Shown here in pieces: positions 47,779 through 61,400 of a stretch of DNA of 64,000 nucleotides. The DNA is taken from the NCBI GenBank assembly GCA_964234715.1, contig OZ174278.1, one strand, 5' to 3'. This DNA is from Podarcis melisellensis (Eukaryota). Within the stretch, counting starts at the first letter, position 1; every line of letters starts with the position of its first letter. The notes beneath the pieces are model-generated. The model was not told the DNA's origin and searched no databases. It saw nothing but the letters and a program-made list of their open reading frames with translations. The position numbers were made by a program, and so were the translations under genes.

Positions 47779-49654
47779 TGCCCAGTTGCTGCCCTTCTCT
47801 GTCATTGGATGGAGAACAGCAGCAGCAGCTAGAGCAGAAGCAGCCAAAAGACCAAGCCACAGCTTCTTCAAAGGTCTTCTAGCTTCAGGCTCACCTGATT
47901 GGTTCACCTACTCCTTCTGGCTCTTCTGATTGGTTCTCTTTCCCTGGGCTTCCATTCATTTTGTGTTTGATTGTGCCTGTTGGGCAATCCTGTACATGTT
48001 AGGACTGCCTTACCATGGACCATAAAAAAGGAAATGAAAGGAAGTTTGTTCCAAGTTTTGAACTACAAATGGATCTCTTTGATATATGCAAAGTAAAGTG
48101 TTTTATTGAGGCTGCAAATAGCCACAGGACTGAGATGTTAGCCAGTCATCAAATAATAGTAATTTATTTACTCATGTGAAAGAAGGTTGTGTTGCATAGA
48201 AAATTGATTTTTAAAACTGAGGATTTTTTCAAAACCTTTGTAACATGATCTTTGCATATCTCTCTCTCTCTCTGTGTGTGTAGCAGCAAAGCTCCTGGAT
48301 ATGCCCAATACTTTGGGTGTTCCCTAAATGAGCTCTTTGACTCCTAGCTAAAATGTGCATCACAGTTTCTATATTGCTATACTGAATGGAAATGTTATAT
48401 TGTCAGTTTAAAAAAAAATCAGCATAATTACCATATTATTAATGAGAAAAGTACTGCATCATAGATCTCAGCATTATTTAGATTAGTTGCTTCAAAAGTA
48501 ATTTTTATTAAATGGATTAGATCAGAAAGAAAGGAAAGGAAATACAAGGCTGAGCTTTTGTTTGCAAAAAGAACAAACTTGGTACAAGTCATAACCAACA
48601 ACTTAAAACAAGTCATAGTTTGATAGGGATCAGGGAAAACATTTCTTTTGACTTTACAAAAATCTTTTCATGTTTTTGAAACAAAGCCATCCTCCTGTGC
48701 ATTGCCTGGTCAAAGAATGTTCTTGTGTTGATAAATGATTACTCTGATCTTTCTTCATACCTTTGATTTTATTGTTGAATAGTGTTCTCCATATATTTAT
48801 TTTGAAAAGACTTCATCTTACAATTCAAAACTGACTTCTGAGATGAGTATTTTCTGATATATATACATAAGGAGAATTTGTGATAGTGGCAGTGTTCCTA
48901 CTTCATTCTGATTCTTTGTATAGCAAAAAGAAAGCATGGTAGTGTGATAACAGAGCTTTGCTGTCCCTTCTAATTGTAGCTCTTCCCCAATTCAGTGGCT
49001 CTTAAACTTTACTGTACTGATGACCATCATGCTGTTTGGTCATGTTGTTTGTAGGTCATTACATTTCCTTGTCCCATGACCATTGAGGAGGAGGGCACTT
49101 GAAATGTTTCTGAATTAAAACTCAATTGCAAGCCACTTTTTAATTACTTTTGTTGCTTAAAATAATACAGCCGCACACACAAATAATCTCTTGATACATA
49201 TAAAGCATAAATTTAATGACAAACTGCAAAGAACGTATAACTAACTTAAGAGAAAACACATTTATTACTTCTTAGGTGCCCATGGCTACTGAAAAAGAGG
49301 CAAGCAATTTCTAAAAGGGATGATGCAATGCAATTCCCATTGGGGCATTTTGTAAGAGTGAAGGATGCTGCCAGACTGATCAGTGCAGCTCTTCAAGGTG
49401 CCCCTTGAATCAACAGCACAACTCAAAACCTTCTTTCAGCATATCTTAAATGGTAAGCCATCCTTGTTAACCAAAAAGTACTAGAATTACATACCTCCCT
49501 CCCAAATGTTTTCTGACAGTGTGCCCTGAATTTCAGGGTGGACAAATGGTCCCAATAAAGGTGGGGAGGGAGAGGTCATTTTCAGCCTGGAACAACTCAA
49601 CCCCCATCAGCATCTAAGTGAAATTATGTGTGGTTTTTTTGCCTCAATGTGCAG

Positions 49655-49790
49655 CGCATTACACTTACTTTGAACCACATTTGCCAGTTTGTGGCCCATT
49701 CACCCAGTTTGAAGAAATTTGTTTGGAGTTCCTCCTAATCTATTTTTGTTTTTACTACCCTGACTAATTTGCTGCCATCCACAATCTTTG
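49655..49790 (-). mobile_element. CR1 reverse-transcriptase fragment
   Basis: The minus strand reads KIVDGSKLVRVVKTKID*EELQTNFFKLGEWATNWQMWF, a decayed CR1 KFADDTKL...LQ.DL..L.EWA..WQM.F motif. Confidence 0.75.
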
Positions 49791-49819
49791 ATGCTTCCTA
49801 ACCGCAGGGTCATTTCTTG

Positions 49820-50226
49820 CCTTAGCTCAGTTTCTTTCACTTTTTCATTTTTCCAGTCTTAGGTTCAGCAAACATTTTCAACTCATTTTGCATTAAAAAA
49901 AAGTTTTTAAAAATTCATCAGCATTTCAGTACACATTTATCCTACTGTTGTTACACATTTTTATCTTATTATAAGATGTTTGCAAAGCAATTTCCCCTGA
50001 AATAATGTTTCTTGTATGTCATTTTCACTAATATATGCATTTTAAAATAGATACTTTAACACAGAATGGCATTTTATACACATTACTTGGATAGAAAATC
50101 ATATTGCAAAATTCAAATAGGTTCTAAAGTTTCAAAGGACAGTTGTGTTTCAGTCCTTGTATTGTTTCATAAACTAAAATTAGGTCGTTTCACTTAAATG
50201 TGAATCAAATTTCTCCCCCATTCCTA
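49820..50226. mobile_element. Old AT-rich DNA-transposon-like repeat, related to 8360-8658
   Basis: Shares colinear motifs and the terminal caaatttctcccccattccta. Confidence 0.5.
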
Positions 50227-50372
50227 TCACCACATAGGACCCACTTAAGCTTAAGTGTAAGGTGACCTTTAAGAATGAATCATCAAGGTACAATAAAAAT
50301 GAAATAATCTAAATATGGAAATCAATTGAAAATAATGTTGTGGCTTGGATAAAGAGTAGAATGCTAATTATA

Positions 50373-52261
50373 TAGAGAGATAAGTTTCAGAAGGAGATAG
50401 GATTAACATTGGTTAAGAAAGTGAAATATTTAGGGGTTAACATGACTGCCAAGAATGTGAATTTATTTAAGGATAACTATGAAAAATGCTGGATTGAAGT
50501 GAAAAAGGACTTAGAAATATAGTCAAATTTGAAGTTATCATTGTTAGGCCGAATTGCTGTGATAAAAATAAACGTATTGCCAAGGATGCTGTTTTTGTTT
50601 CAAACATTGCAAATCTTGGACAAAATTGACTGTTTCAAGAAGTGGCAGAGAGATATCTCCAGATTTGTCTGGCAGGGCAAGAAGCCTCGAATAAAATTTA
50701 AGATATTAACTGATGCTAAAGAAAGAGGTGGATTTGCCCTGCCAGACCTTAAACTTTACTATGAATCAGCTGCTTTTTGCTGGCTGAGAGAATGGCTGCT
50801 TCTTGAAAACACTGATGTGCTGGACTTAGAAGGTTTCAACAATGTATTTGGTTGGCATGCATATTTGTGGTATGACAAGGTTAAAGCACATAAAGCGTTT
50901 AAAAACCATATTGTTAGAAAAGCACTGTTTAATGTCTGGATAAGATATAAGGATTTGTTAGAAAATAAAACCCCAAGATGGTTGTCACCAATGGAAGTGA
51001 AGGCTCAGAAAAAACTCAATATGGAGGCCAAATGGCCGAAATATTGGGAAATTCTGGAACAAGATGGAGACAGAATAAAACTGCAGAGCTTTGAAAAATT
51101 AAAAAATAGAGTGTGATACTGGCTCCATTACTACCAAATAATGGAGGCATATAATTTGGACAAAAAACTTGGCTTCCAGGTGGAAAAATCAAAATTGGAA
51201 ACAGAATTGTTAGATCCCAAAACTAAGAATTTGTCAAGAATGTATAACTTGCTGTTGAAATGGAACACTCAGGATGAAACGGTGAAATCTGCTATGATTA
51301 AATGGGCACCAGATGTTGGACACAACATTATGATGGCTGACTGGGAACAGTTATGGACCACAGGTATGAAATTTACGGCATGTAATGCCCTAAGAGAGAA
51401 TTTAATGAAAATGATTTACAGGTGGTACATGACACCAGTCAAGCTTGCAAAAATTTATAATTTACCTGACAATAAATGTTGGAAATGTAATGAGACTGAA
51501 GGTACATTCTTTCACCTTTGGTGGACGTGCCCAAGGATTAAGACATTCTGGGAGATGATTTATAATGAAATGAAAAAGGTATTTAAATATACCTTCCTGA
51601 AGAAACCAGAGGCCTGGGCATGGTCGGCCAATTGGTGCCAAAGAAGGATAGAACTTTCTTTATGTATGCAACAACAGCAGCAAGAATACTCATCGCAAAG
51701 TATTGGAAGATACAAGATTTACCCACCTGGGAAGAATGGCAGATGAAGTTGATGGACTACATGGAACTGGCGGAAATGACTGGCAGAATCCAAGACCAGG
51801 GAGAAGAGTCGGTGGAAGAAGATTGGAAAAAATTTGAAGATTATTTACAGAAATATTGTAAAATTAATGAATGTTAGAAAGAAGCTGGAATGAAGTTACA
51901 TGGCTTTAGCAGAAATGTTACAAAGAATTAAGTACAAATAGATTGTTAATGGATTAAAGGGAAAAATAAGGTTAGAATGTGTTAAGATAAATTATAGGAC
52001 AGAAAACTGAGGAAGGTGGAAAGAATTTGCTGAAACGGTTAATTGAAGTGGAATACAAAAAAGGGAGGTGCGAGGAGGTCGCTGAAACAAGTAAACGAAA
52101 GATAAGATATTGAAATAATTGGATGTGTTTTTAATTGTTTTTGCTTTGTTTTGTTAAGATTAGTGTATATTTATATGTAGTGTTTTTGTCTCTGTATTGT
52201 ATTGTATTGTTTTGTTTTGTTTAATTCTTTTTCCTTTTTTGTAATCTTTAAACTAAAAAAA
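50373..52261 (+). mobile_element. L1/Tx1-clade LINE, 5'-truncated (ORF2 C-terminal half, 3' UTR, poly(A)), with 22-bp TSD
   Basis: TSD aaagagtagaatgctaattata at 50351-50372 and 52262-52283. Motifs KYLGV...LSLLGRIAVIK.NVLPRMLFLFQ...GGFALPDLKLYY and the CCHC knuckle CWKCNETEGTFFHLWWTC. In-frame stops near 50520 and 51114, a frameshift near 51615, and ORF end at 51877. Confidence 0.95.
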
Positions 52262-52930
52262 AAAGAGTAGAATGCTAATTATAGAATATTGTGCTGTGTG
52301 TTCAATCTTTCAGATGAGAATAAAGCATTCTTGGTCCCTCAAAGCTCCCAGAAGAAGACAGCCTTTCGGAAATGTTAATCAATCCCAATGGCACCCCCCC
52401 TTCATTTACAGAAATCAGGTTGACTAACTGTGAAGGAAAAAGAGCAAGGCAGGGTATGGACACCCTGGAGTAATGTATGATCTTCCATCACTATGATGAA
52501 GTCTTGTTTCTAGACTGTCTGAGCAAGTTTGACAGATTTTCAGAAATGGATGCAAGCACTACCACTCAGCATAACAAGTCTCCTGTAGCTAAGTCTCATA
52601 CATCTTTACTTATATGTAACTCCCATTTGTTATGGGAAATTTGAATGAGCCATGTCCTAGAAAGGTTCTTAAATGTGATTATATCTGTGGTCTATTCAGA
52701 GCATTACTTGCATAGTGTGGATCAAATCTATGTTGTTCCCCATCCCTAAGCACTGCTGCAGTTCCACCATGCAGTTTGAGTGGAACATAGAGGTTCCACA
52801 TATGTGCAATGTGTTACCTGAACCTACAAACACCTTTCAAGAGTCAAGCCTTTTGTCTGAACACTTCAAAAGTGTGGCCAACTGGTCTGTGGAAAGTACC
52901 AAAACAAAACATATTTATAAGTTTTTATAT

Positions 52931-53224
52931 GGTCTCATCTTCACTATATATTTAAAGAAGTGCCATAGCACTTTAAACAGCCATGGTTCCCCCAAATAAT
53001 CTTGGGAATTGTTGTTTGTTAAGGATGCTGAGAGTTGTTAAGGGACCCCATTACCCTTCCACGAAAAAAAAAAATCCAGAGTGGGAATTGCAGCTCTGTG
53101 TGAGGCAAGAGGTCTTCTAACAACTCTCAGCACCTTTAAACTACAGCTCCCAATATTATTTGGGAAAACCATGACTTTTTAAAGTGGTATGATAGCGCTT
53201 TATATGTATAGTGCAGATAGGGCC
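52931..53224. mobile_element. Long palindromic MITE (PIF/Harbinger-like), apparently complete
   Basis: The left end ggtctcatcttcactatatat resembles the reverse complement of the right end (ggccctatctgcactatacat); imperfect complementarity extends over about 120 bp per arm; tat on both flanks fits a 3-bp TSD. Confidence 0.75.
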
Positions 53225-56200
53225 TATTACTGTGTATATAATTGCCATTCAGGGGAAAAAATGTGATAAATGCTTCCACTAAATGTCCATTTCCCCTCTC
53301 CTCTCCCCCCACCTCTTGGTTTTGAAATTTTGGTTCCAGATTATAATATGTCACCCCAATCTATGTGCACTAGAACCTTAATTCAATCAGTAATTTTTAT
53401 AGGCAATACAGATGCTTCACAGCATTGCTGTGACTGCAGTTCTGGAGAACATTATAAAGATTTATTTTCTTGTAATAAGCCTCCTTAAATATAACCACCT
53501 TATGATCTCTTCTTAACTGATTAAAAGGTGACACATATACAGAGCCAAAACATACTGACATTTCCCCCAATAGCGGCTGTCATTCAGTGAACAGTTTATC
53601 AGCTGCCATCCACCATATGGAAAAGCCTCCTGTATCCTCCAGTTTGGGATTGGAGTGGAACAAAAACAGCAGGCTTTTCTGTTGAGATTAGAGGAATCTG
53701 CGAAAAACAGAATTGCAGCCAACCGTATCCTAATCTGCATGTACCAATGGGATGGGCACCATTTACAAAGTTCTGTTCCATCACCACATGGCACAGGTTT
53801 TAAGTGTGCACTCTCAGGTAGAGCCTTTGCTGTGCACTTTGGGTTGCTGATCAACAGGCGCCCGAGGAAGGAAGGTCTCACCCTGGTCACTCAAGTGAGA
53901 CCTTGCCAGATTGGCTTACAAGGTTCAATGCTGGCCGACTCCCAAGGAACAGGTTTGGCACAGTCCAACCCCTGCTGAGCCAATTCCACCAGCATCGAGT
54001 GTATGGAATGATGAACTGATCCTGGCCCTACTGCCATGCCAACCCTTACCCTCCCTGCTGCAGTCAGGGGTTTTTTACTGCAATACCTGGTGTCTTGTCT
54101 GCTTATTTGCCATTCTTCTGTGTCACATCATGCACCTGCCAGGGCAATCGTTGCATGCCAATAGCCTAATACAAAAAGCAGTTGCCATTCAATGTAAATT
54201 AAATATATTAAAGAAGCAAGGGGTTTTTCATCTTCCATTCAATGTGATTTCATACAGGCGAGAGTAGTAAGTAAACTGAAATTGCCCAAGGTGGTCTTAG
54301 GCTTGGACATGCTAATAGAGAAGGTACTATCTGTATTAGACACTACTGAAAAAATAATAAAATGGAGAGAAATATTCTTTAGCTTGCTGACAGTGGTGAA
54401 TGTCTGCAGCATGCTGTAGACATGCTGATTTTTGATTTGGTAAATGGAACCTGCAGTAATTCATAGATGCACATATCACAGAAGCATCCAGACCATAACC
54501 AAATGAAAAGAAATCTAATATGAAGAAATAGTGGGAAGTGGGGGGGGCAGGATGCTTAAAGCTGAAATGAGATTGACAACATTACAAATTGCACACCAAA
54601 CAGAATGGAGAAAAAGACTAGCAAATCCTCATATTTACAGTGGAACAGACATAAACCCCAAGAAGAATGGCTGGATGCCTGAATGAATGCTGAGAGTTTC
54701 ATACCTCCCCATTCTCTATGTGGTGGTTTGTTGCAGATGAACTCCTCATGGCATGGGGCCAGTTGCCATGGAAAGCAATGTACAGCATCTATAGGGCATT
54801 GGTCCAAAATTGTCCATTGAAAGTTAAGCATTCATTGATGTTTGAAGAAAGTCAGGTTCTATTCTCAAAGGGCAGGGCTGTTATTACCATCATGAGTGGT
54901 AAATTATAGCACAATGTTAATGGATTTGTGATGGGAGAAACTTCCTATTGCTCAGAGTGCAAGTTAGAGAAAGTTACAAAAGGAAATGTTTTTTTCTGAT
55001 CAAAGATCTATTATTGCTACAACTTTTAAAAATAAAAAAATCTTTTAAATACTAACATGTTGAATGGTGAATGGTGCTTCTGCTGAATGGTGCTTCTTTG
55101 ATAAATGCACTAGATGATCTCTGAAAATGGGTCTGAGCATGTATTATTATTGGTCGTAGTTCTGCTAGATTCTGTCTTCTGCAACTGCATTTAGATTTGT
55201 TATTGATGACCAAAAGGGTCACCAAATAAGGGTACATTGATCCAGTCATGTGACTCTTGAAGCTGTATTGGGGAAATGAAGGAAGAACAGGAGACTACAG
55301 GATCCCAGGAAAAGAGGGCACTGAAACTGTGAAGAGGTGTCAAGGGAATAGGAAAGTATGAAAAACTGCAAGCTATTTTCCCTTTGTTGTCTGAAAGGAC
55401 AGTGAAGCCTTTTTGAAAAGAAAAAAAGGTTGCAGTATACATCAGAGCATGTCTACATTTTTATTTTTGTTTTGTATTTAATGAGCATATATTGGAAAGA
55501 TCATATAATGGGAAGTAAACAAAAACAATCTCATAATAATTTATCATGCAGCTGACCACACCTATAGCCAAACAAGCATTGCTTTAGGATTTTAAGAATG
55601 CTCTCTGCTGCTGAGACTTGTACAATATTTATAAGGCTCAAAACCCATTCAGATGTTCATCCATTCCTATGCAACATGTTATGTTTGCTACAACCTTTAT
55701 CAATAAAGAACATCCAGGACAAGTTAATATGCTGTAGTAAAAATTCCTGTTGATTAAAAATGTAGTTCCCTCTTTCCATTTTCTCTCAAAATGCCAAAGA
55801 ATATAAAATATTTTGCATATTCATGTTATTCCACTGACATTGTATACAGAATTCAGAGATAGTGTATTTCATCAACAAGTGACAAATGTTGCCTTAACAT
55901 GACATTTGTGAAGATTTTCACATTTGGTATTATTACAACTGTCATTTCTAAGCTCTGATAATGAGCCCTGATTATATGGTGTACAAAACAAAACAAAATA
56001 TATTTTCCTAGCCTCAAGTAGTCTATTATCCTGAATGAGAAATGCACATTCAGAGCGGGAGGGGGAAATAATAATAATTTTTCACTAAATGTGCCCCTCA
56101 AGGAATTTGATCTTATCTTCCTTGCTAATAAAGAGCAGCTATGATATTAAAGCAGAAATTCATCTACATTTTCTCAAGGCTATTGCAATCACTGGTTGAA

Positions 56201-56563
56201 GAATTTTGCATTTGGAAATAACCGTTAGAGTTTGGGTGTTCATTCCTGATTAAAATTTATTGTCTATAATTTTCTATTTATTTTTATTGATGCTTCATTT
56301 GGTAGAAACAAATCATTTAAGGTCATGCTGTGACTTTTCTTTGATAGCATTTTGAGTATGCTTTTATGCAGAAGTGCTTGGTCTGATCTTATAAAGTCTC
56401 TTCAGCTTTCTCACTCTCTCTGTTTGCGTTTGTTTCAGACAAGCAGGATGTAACTATCAGCTCCTGTTCTTGTTATTACGAATGTCTTGTCTGGTATCTC
56501 AACAGTATTGAGGGGGTATTTTGGAAACTCACTGATGACCCATATGCTTATTCTGTTGAACAG

Positions 56564-56703
56564 TTACAGGTAGGTAGCCGTGTTGGTCTGCCGTAGTCGA
56601 AACAAAATAAAAAAAATTCCTTCCAGTAGCGCCTTAGAGACCAACTAAGTTTGTCTCTAAACAAACTTAGTTGGTCTCTAAGGTGCTACTGGAAGGAATT
56701 TTT
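56564..56703. mobile_element. Penelope-like element terminal relic (hairpin) with 16-bp TSD
   Basis: TSD ttattctgttgaacag at 56548-56563 and 56704-56719; inverted arms at about 56606-56654 and 56661-56708; same family as 34017-34223. Confidence 0.85.
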
Positions 56704-57164
56704 TTATTCTGTTGAACAGGGCACACAAAATATTATACAATTCCTTGAACACATAGATGTTTTCTACCCAGCAACAGGGTAAGAAACATTTGAACATATG
56801 CAGGGGGGGGGGGAAAGATTTGTATTGGAGCAGATAGTGAGTTCATGCCTAAATTCTGTCCTCTTGTTCTTGAATTAGCATGGCACACTGATATTTTCAG
56901 TGCATTCCCACTATTGCCTACAGATTTGGTAAAGCTCTCCTGAAATAGCAGTTTTGTGATAGTCTAGTTTAGGAACACACAAATGCAAAGACCCTCAGTG
57001 TTAGGGCATCTGCTTTTCATGCAGACCATCCAAGGTTCAGTCCCTCTAATGGGATGCTACTCACCTCCTACTTATTGGCCAACAGCTGCATCTGCATCTG
57101 CACACCTGCATCCCTGAGGTCATATGTCACTCTGCAAGACATGGGGGCAAATACATCAACACAC

Positions 57165-57545
57165 ATACAATCCACTTCAACTGATTCAAAATACATCCAG
57201 ATTACTGGCTCAGGCTGCTTTTAGAACTCACATAGACGCTTTTCTAAAACAGCTGTGCTGGCTGCCAGTTCATTTCCACACCCAACTGAAGGTTCTGATG
57301 TTAGTGTTTAAAGTCTCAAATGACTTAGGCTCCCTTCAGACCCTCTCAAGTGTTAAGATCAGCAGAGGGAGCCCTCTTGGTAGAGCCACTGCCCTCAAAA
57401 TTTCACTGTGGGGCTGGGGGAGGGTTTTCTCTGGGACAGCACTTAAATTGTGGAATTCCTTCTCCAAACAGGTACATCTGTCACCTTCACTATACAGCTT
57501 GTAGCAAATTCTGAAGACTTCTATTTACCCTAACCTTTAACACTT
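57165..57545 (+). mobile_element. Old L2 LINE 3' fragment
   Basis: LQLIQNTSRLL....RTHI..FLKQLCWLPVHFHTQLKVLMLVFK...RVFSGTALKLWNS is a decayed L2 ORF2 C-terminus. Confidence 0.8.
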
Positions 57546-57580
57546 GAGATGTGTGTTTTCAGAACCCATGCTATTTTTAT

Positions 57581-58330
57581 GATGCCGAGCTGGACAAGCA
57601 TACCGGCAAAACAGCTACAGCAATGGCTCACCTCTCCAAAATGGTAGTGGAGAATGTGATGCTAATGTCCAATCCCAAGACGAAGGTCTATCAGGCTTGT
57701 GTGTTGAGCACGTTGCTTTACAGGAGTGAGTTGTGGGCAACTTACACCTTCCAGAAGCAACTCCTCAGTGCCTTCAGCATGCGCTGCATCAGGAAGATTT
57801 TGGGCATCAGATGACAGGACAGAGTCTCAAACAAAGATTTGCATTCTCAGGCCCACATTCCCAGCATGTTCACACTCCTGCTCAGTGACACCTGCACTGG
57901 CTTGATCATGTCCACAGTTTAGAAGATAGCAGGATCCCCAAGGACCCTGTTAGCAGACCAGCTCTGCATGACAAAGATGCCTGCAAGCATAACATGAAGG
58001 CTAGTAACGTTAACCCCACTGTGGGGAATCTCTTGCAGATGATCACAGTGCCTGGAGACAGTCAGGTTGTGTATCCATAGCAGAGACCAGAGGAAGAATG
58101 ACTGCTGGGAGCAGCTTGGAAAAAAAAAATGCCATTGTACACCTGCATCAGCACAACCAGACACCATCATCTTCCCTAGCTGCAACAAAACACAGCATGT
58201 CTTTTCCATATTGGTCTCCATAACCATAGCAGGCACTGTAACACTCAGACAGTTTGCCTGCACCTCTGAAGACACACTCTTCCACTGTTTCCCAAGACAG
58301 ACAGATGCCAAACAAACAAACAAACAAACA
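57581..58330 (+). mobile_element. RTE-clade (non-BovB) LINE 3' fragment with (CAAA)n tail
   Basis: DAELDKHTGKTATAMAHLSK.V.EN..L....KTKVYQACVLSTLLYRSELWATY....QLLSAFSMRCIRKILGIR*QDRVSNK is an RTE RT C-terminal signature; ends gacagatgcc(aaac)n. Confidence 0.85.
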
Positions 58331-58458
58331 GTTTTTAATTTCTGAATTTTAAATTGTAACCTATCTGGGGACCAGCTGGTGAAGAGCAGGGTAATCAACA
58401 TAACAACAACTTGTGAGCAAGCATTATGAACTAGCCCTTTGTTACATGTGAAAAGGGT

Positions 58459-58482
58459 AACAACAACAACAACAACAACAAC
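58459..58482. repeat. (AAC)n microsatellite
   Basis: Seen directly. Confidence 0.92.
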
Positions 58483-61400
58483 TAGCTCCAGCAGCACATA
58501 TACTTTTTGGTTTTGCAGTCATCCCCACAATCCATGGCCCCATATGTTTTTATATGAGAACATAATTTCATATGTTCATTTGGCTTTAATTCTAGAGAAG
58601 TAACACATTTGACTGGCAAACCACTTAATATAGAATATATCTGAAGATTGAAGAAGACAGGCATAGTATATATTAAATATGTACTGGCCAACATTCAGCA
58701 TGCTACATTACTCAGTTTATTCACTCCAAGATTTAACTCACATGACTACCTCCACAGAATATTTCTAACCTTGGCACATTTCCCAGGACCTTATATTTTG
58801 GAAAGAGATTTAAGTTAAGTTGTTAATTCTGTGCTGAATAAATCCTCCTGTCTCAAGAGAAATGTATAAGATCGTTAAAATAATCCATCCTTTTCTACCA
58901 AAATTGAGGTTAATTGATCTATAGAGAGTCTTAAAGAATCTACCTTTTTACTCTCTTCTATAATCCATCAAGGGATAGTTCAGTTTTGGGAGGCCTTCAG
59001 TATTCTATCCTTTCAAGAACACCAAAGCTTCCACACACAGAGAGACACCCCTCAGAATAACAAAGATGTCTACTTTAACGGAAGTTGTTTAAAATTAAAA
59101 TATTTATAATGAAAGACTCAAGCAAGTGCATATTCATAGTTATATTAGAACAAAGTGCTATGACTTCCATATATGGCAGTCATGTGTCCTACTTTACAGG
59201 GCACAGCCCTCTATTTGGAGACCTAAAAAACTATTCAGGCCAAGTCCAGTTTAAAAGAACAAGCAATCGGGAAAGCAGCGGCCTTGAAATTGCCCATCAA
59301 CAGACTGTGCAGGCACACAAGTCACCTTCCATTGTCTTCCTCACTATGTCTTGTATTTGTATTTAAATTAAATGTATTAGTTCTAAATTTTCCTGGATGC
59401 ATATATAAATGTGTACATGCCATTTTATTGGATCTGTGTCTCCTTTTCTGATTATACATTTCTCCTTCTGCTTTTTGGTATTGTGTAAGTGGCCACTTTA
59501 CTTTCGGGTTGGGTTATGGTTCAGCAGAAGTCAAGGGCTTCAAGTTCCATTCAGTTCAATAGAAGACAAAAGTATCTCATAGAAATTAAAGGAATTTAAT
59601 ATTTCTTAACGTTTGCTGGATTGTGCTCTTATAGTGCAGGAACAAGCTCTTGAGGCGTACATCCCAAAACTGAAGTGAAGATAAAAGCTTCCAGATCATT
59701 TCAGCAGATCAAGATACAGATCCATGAAGATCTTATTCACCACATGTGTGATCAGTTCTAAGGTGAGCTGGCCATTGCATAATTGAAAACAACCTTAGGA
59801 CAACCCTTATTTCCCAATGATGGCATAAACAAGCTTTCTGCCTGCAAAACGGCATCACATTAGGACATAAATATTCCAAATACTTTCAGTTTCTTCTTGG
59901 CACTGTGCTTCCCAGAGAAAGGGGGGGGGGGAGAAGGGAACAAACAACAAAAGATAATGAAACTTAGTGCATATAAATATGCACTAAAATCTTAACAGAC
60001 AAGGTTAACGCTTTGGGGCATCCAATCTATCTTTTAAATATGCATTGTCAGACAAGCCTGAGACAGTACCAAAATATGTTTCCTTCACAGTAAATCTCCA
60101 TCAGGATTGCCATTATTGATCAGTACAGTCAGTAACTGAATCTATCCATGGGATTCAACACTATCTGTCTTCATATTATATAGCCCCTTCCTCCTGCCAG
60201 AGCCCATTAAACTGTCACCTCTGGACTTTACATCATTTTTATTTGAGGGTCCTAGTGAAAGTTTGCAGCCCTTACTTGTCTTTAAAAATATAGCATTGCT
60301 CTGAAGTATGGCATCCTGAAAATTCCATTTCACATCCCTTGCTTTGTCTCTTGTTATCTTTTGTGGGGAAAGAAGGGCAAATTTAATAGGTTTTAAACAG
60401 CATGATATCACAAAGACCAAGCAATAGAAATATTTAAATTAGACATTTGATATATAATTCCTCAGACCCCCGTCAAATGTCGTTGAGCTTTTGTTGCACA
60501 CTTCTGCTTAGAGATGTATGTGAGTCACGTTTGTTTTGTTAAGGTGCTCGCTTTGATGTGCAAATAAATGACAAAGTTCAGATAAGAAAATTCAATATGT
60601 TTGCTGTGTATTTTAGGTCTTTGACGGAAACATATGAGGTTCAGTCACACTGGGGAGGGGAGGTGGAGTTGGTCCCAGAAAATGTCATCAGGAAAAATTT
60701 GAATTGTATTTAATAATTGCTGGAAAATATATTTTACTGGGATATGAGTACAATCAAAGCCTGTATATGAAGGGGTGAAGAAGAAGAAATCTGTTTCCAT
60801 AATTCTGAAGTGGAAACATTTGTATATCTAGTGCCTTAATATGAAACAGTTTTGTTGATGTCAGATGAACACACTTCCACTTTCAATATATTAAAATGAA
60901 AGAAAAGCACATTGCAATCAATGACATTTACTTACAAGGAAATGGTTTCAAAGCAAGGTCTTATCAAAAATAAAAGCTGACTATTGATGATCAACTGCTT
61001 GATGAGGAAAACTAGCTGCCTGACAGAAAAGAATCTAGATTAGGAATCATGATCTTCATACATCTGTGAGCAGATTGATCATTAAACAAGGGTTGGTGAA
61101 CCTTTGAGTGTCCAGATGTTGAATTTCAGCTCTCAGCAGCCTCAGCCAGCATAACCACTATTTAAGTGATAGTGCAAGGGTGTCCTCCAGGTATCTGGGG
61201 CTACAATTTCCATCTTCCCTGGCCATTGGCTATGCTGGCCGGGACTGGTTGGAAGGAGGTCACAACTTGTGAAGGGCACAATATTGACAATCACTGTACT
61301 AAAAGCTGAAAATATACATATGCCTATAAGAACATAAAAAGAACTCTGCCGGGTAAGACCAAAGAGAGGCCAACCAAATATAAAGATGCTTAGTACATAC

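Noticed and set aside
57919-58497. 192-aa minus-strand ORF
   Set aside because: It is antisense to an RTE relic and runs through two microsatellites (poly-V, CLFV repeats).
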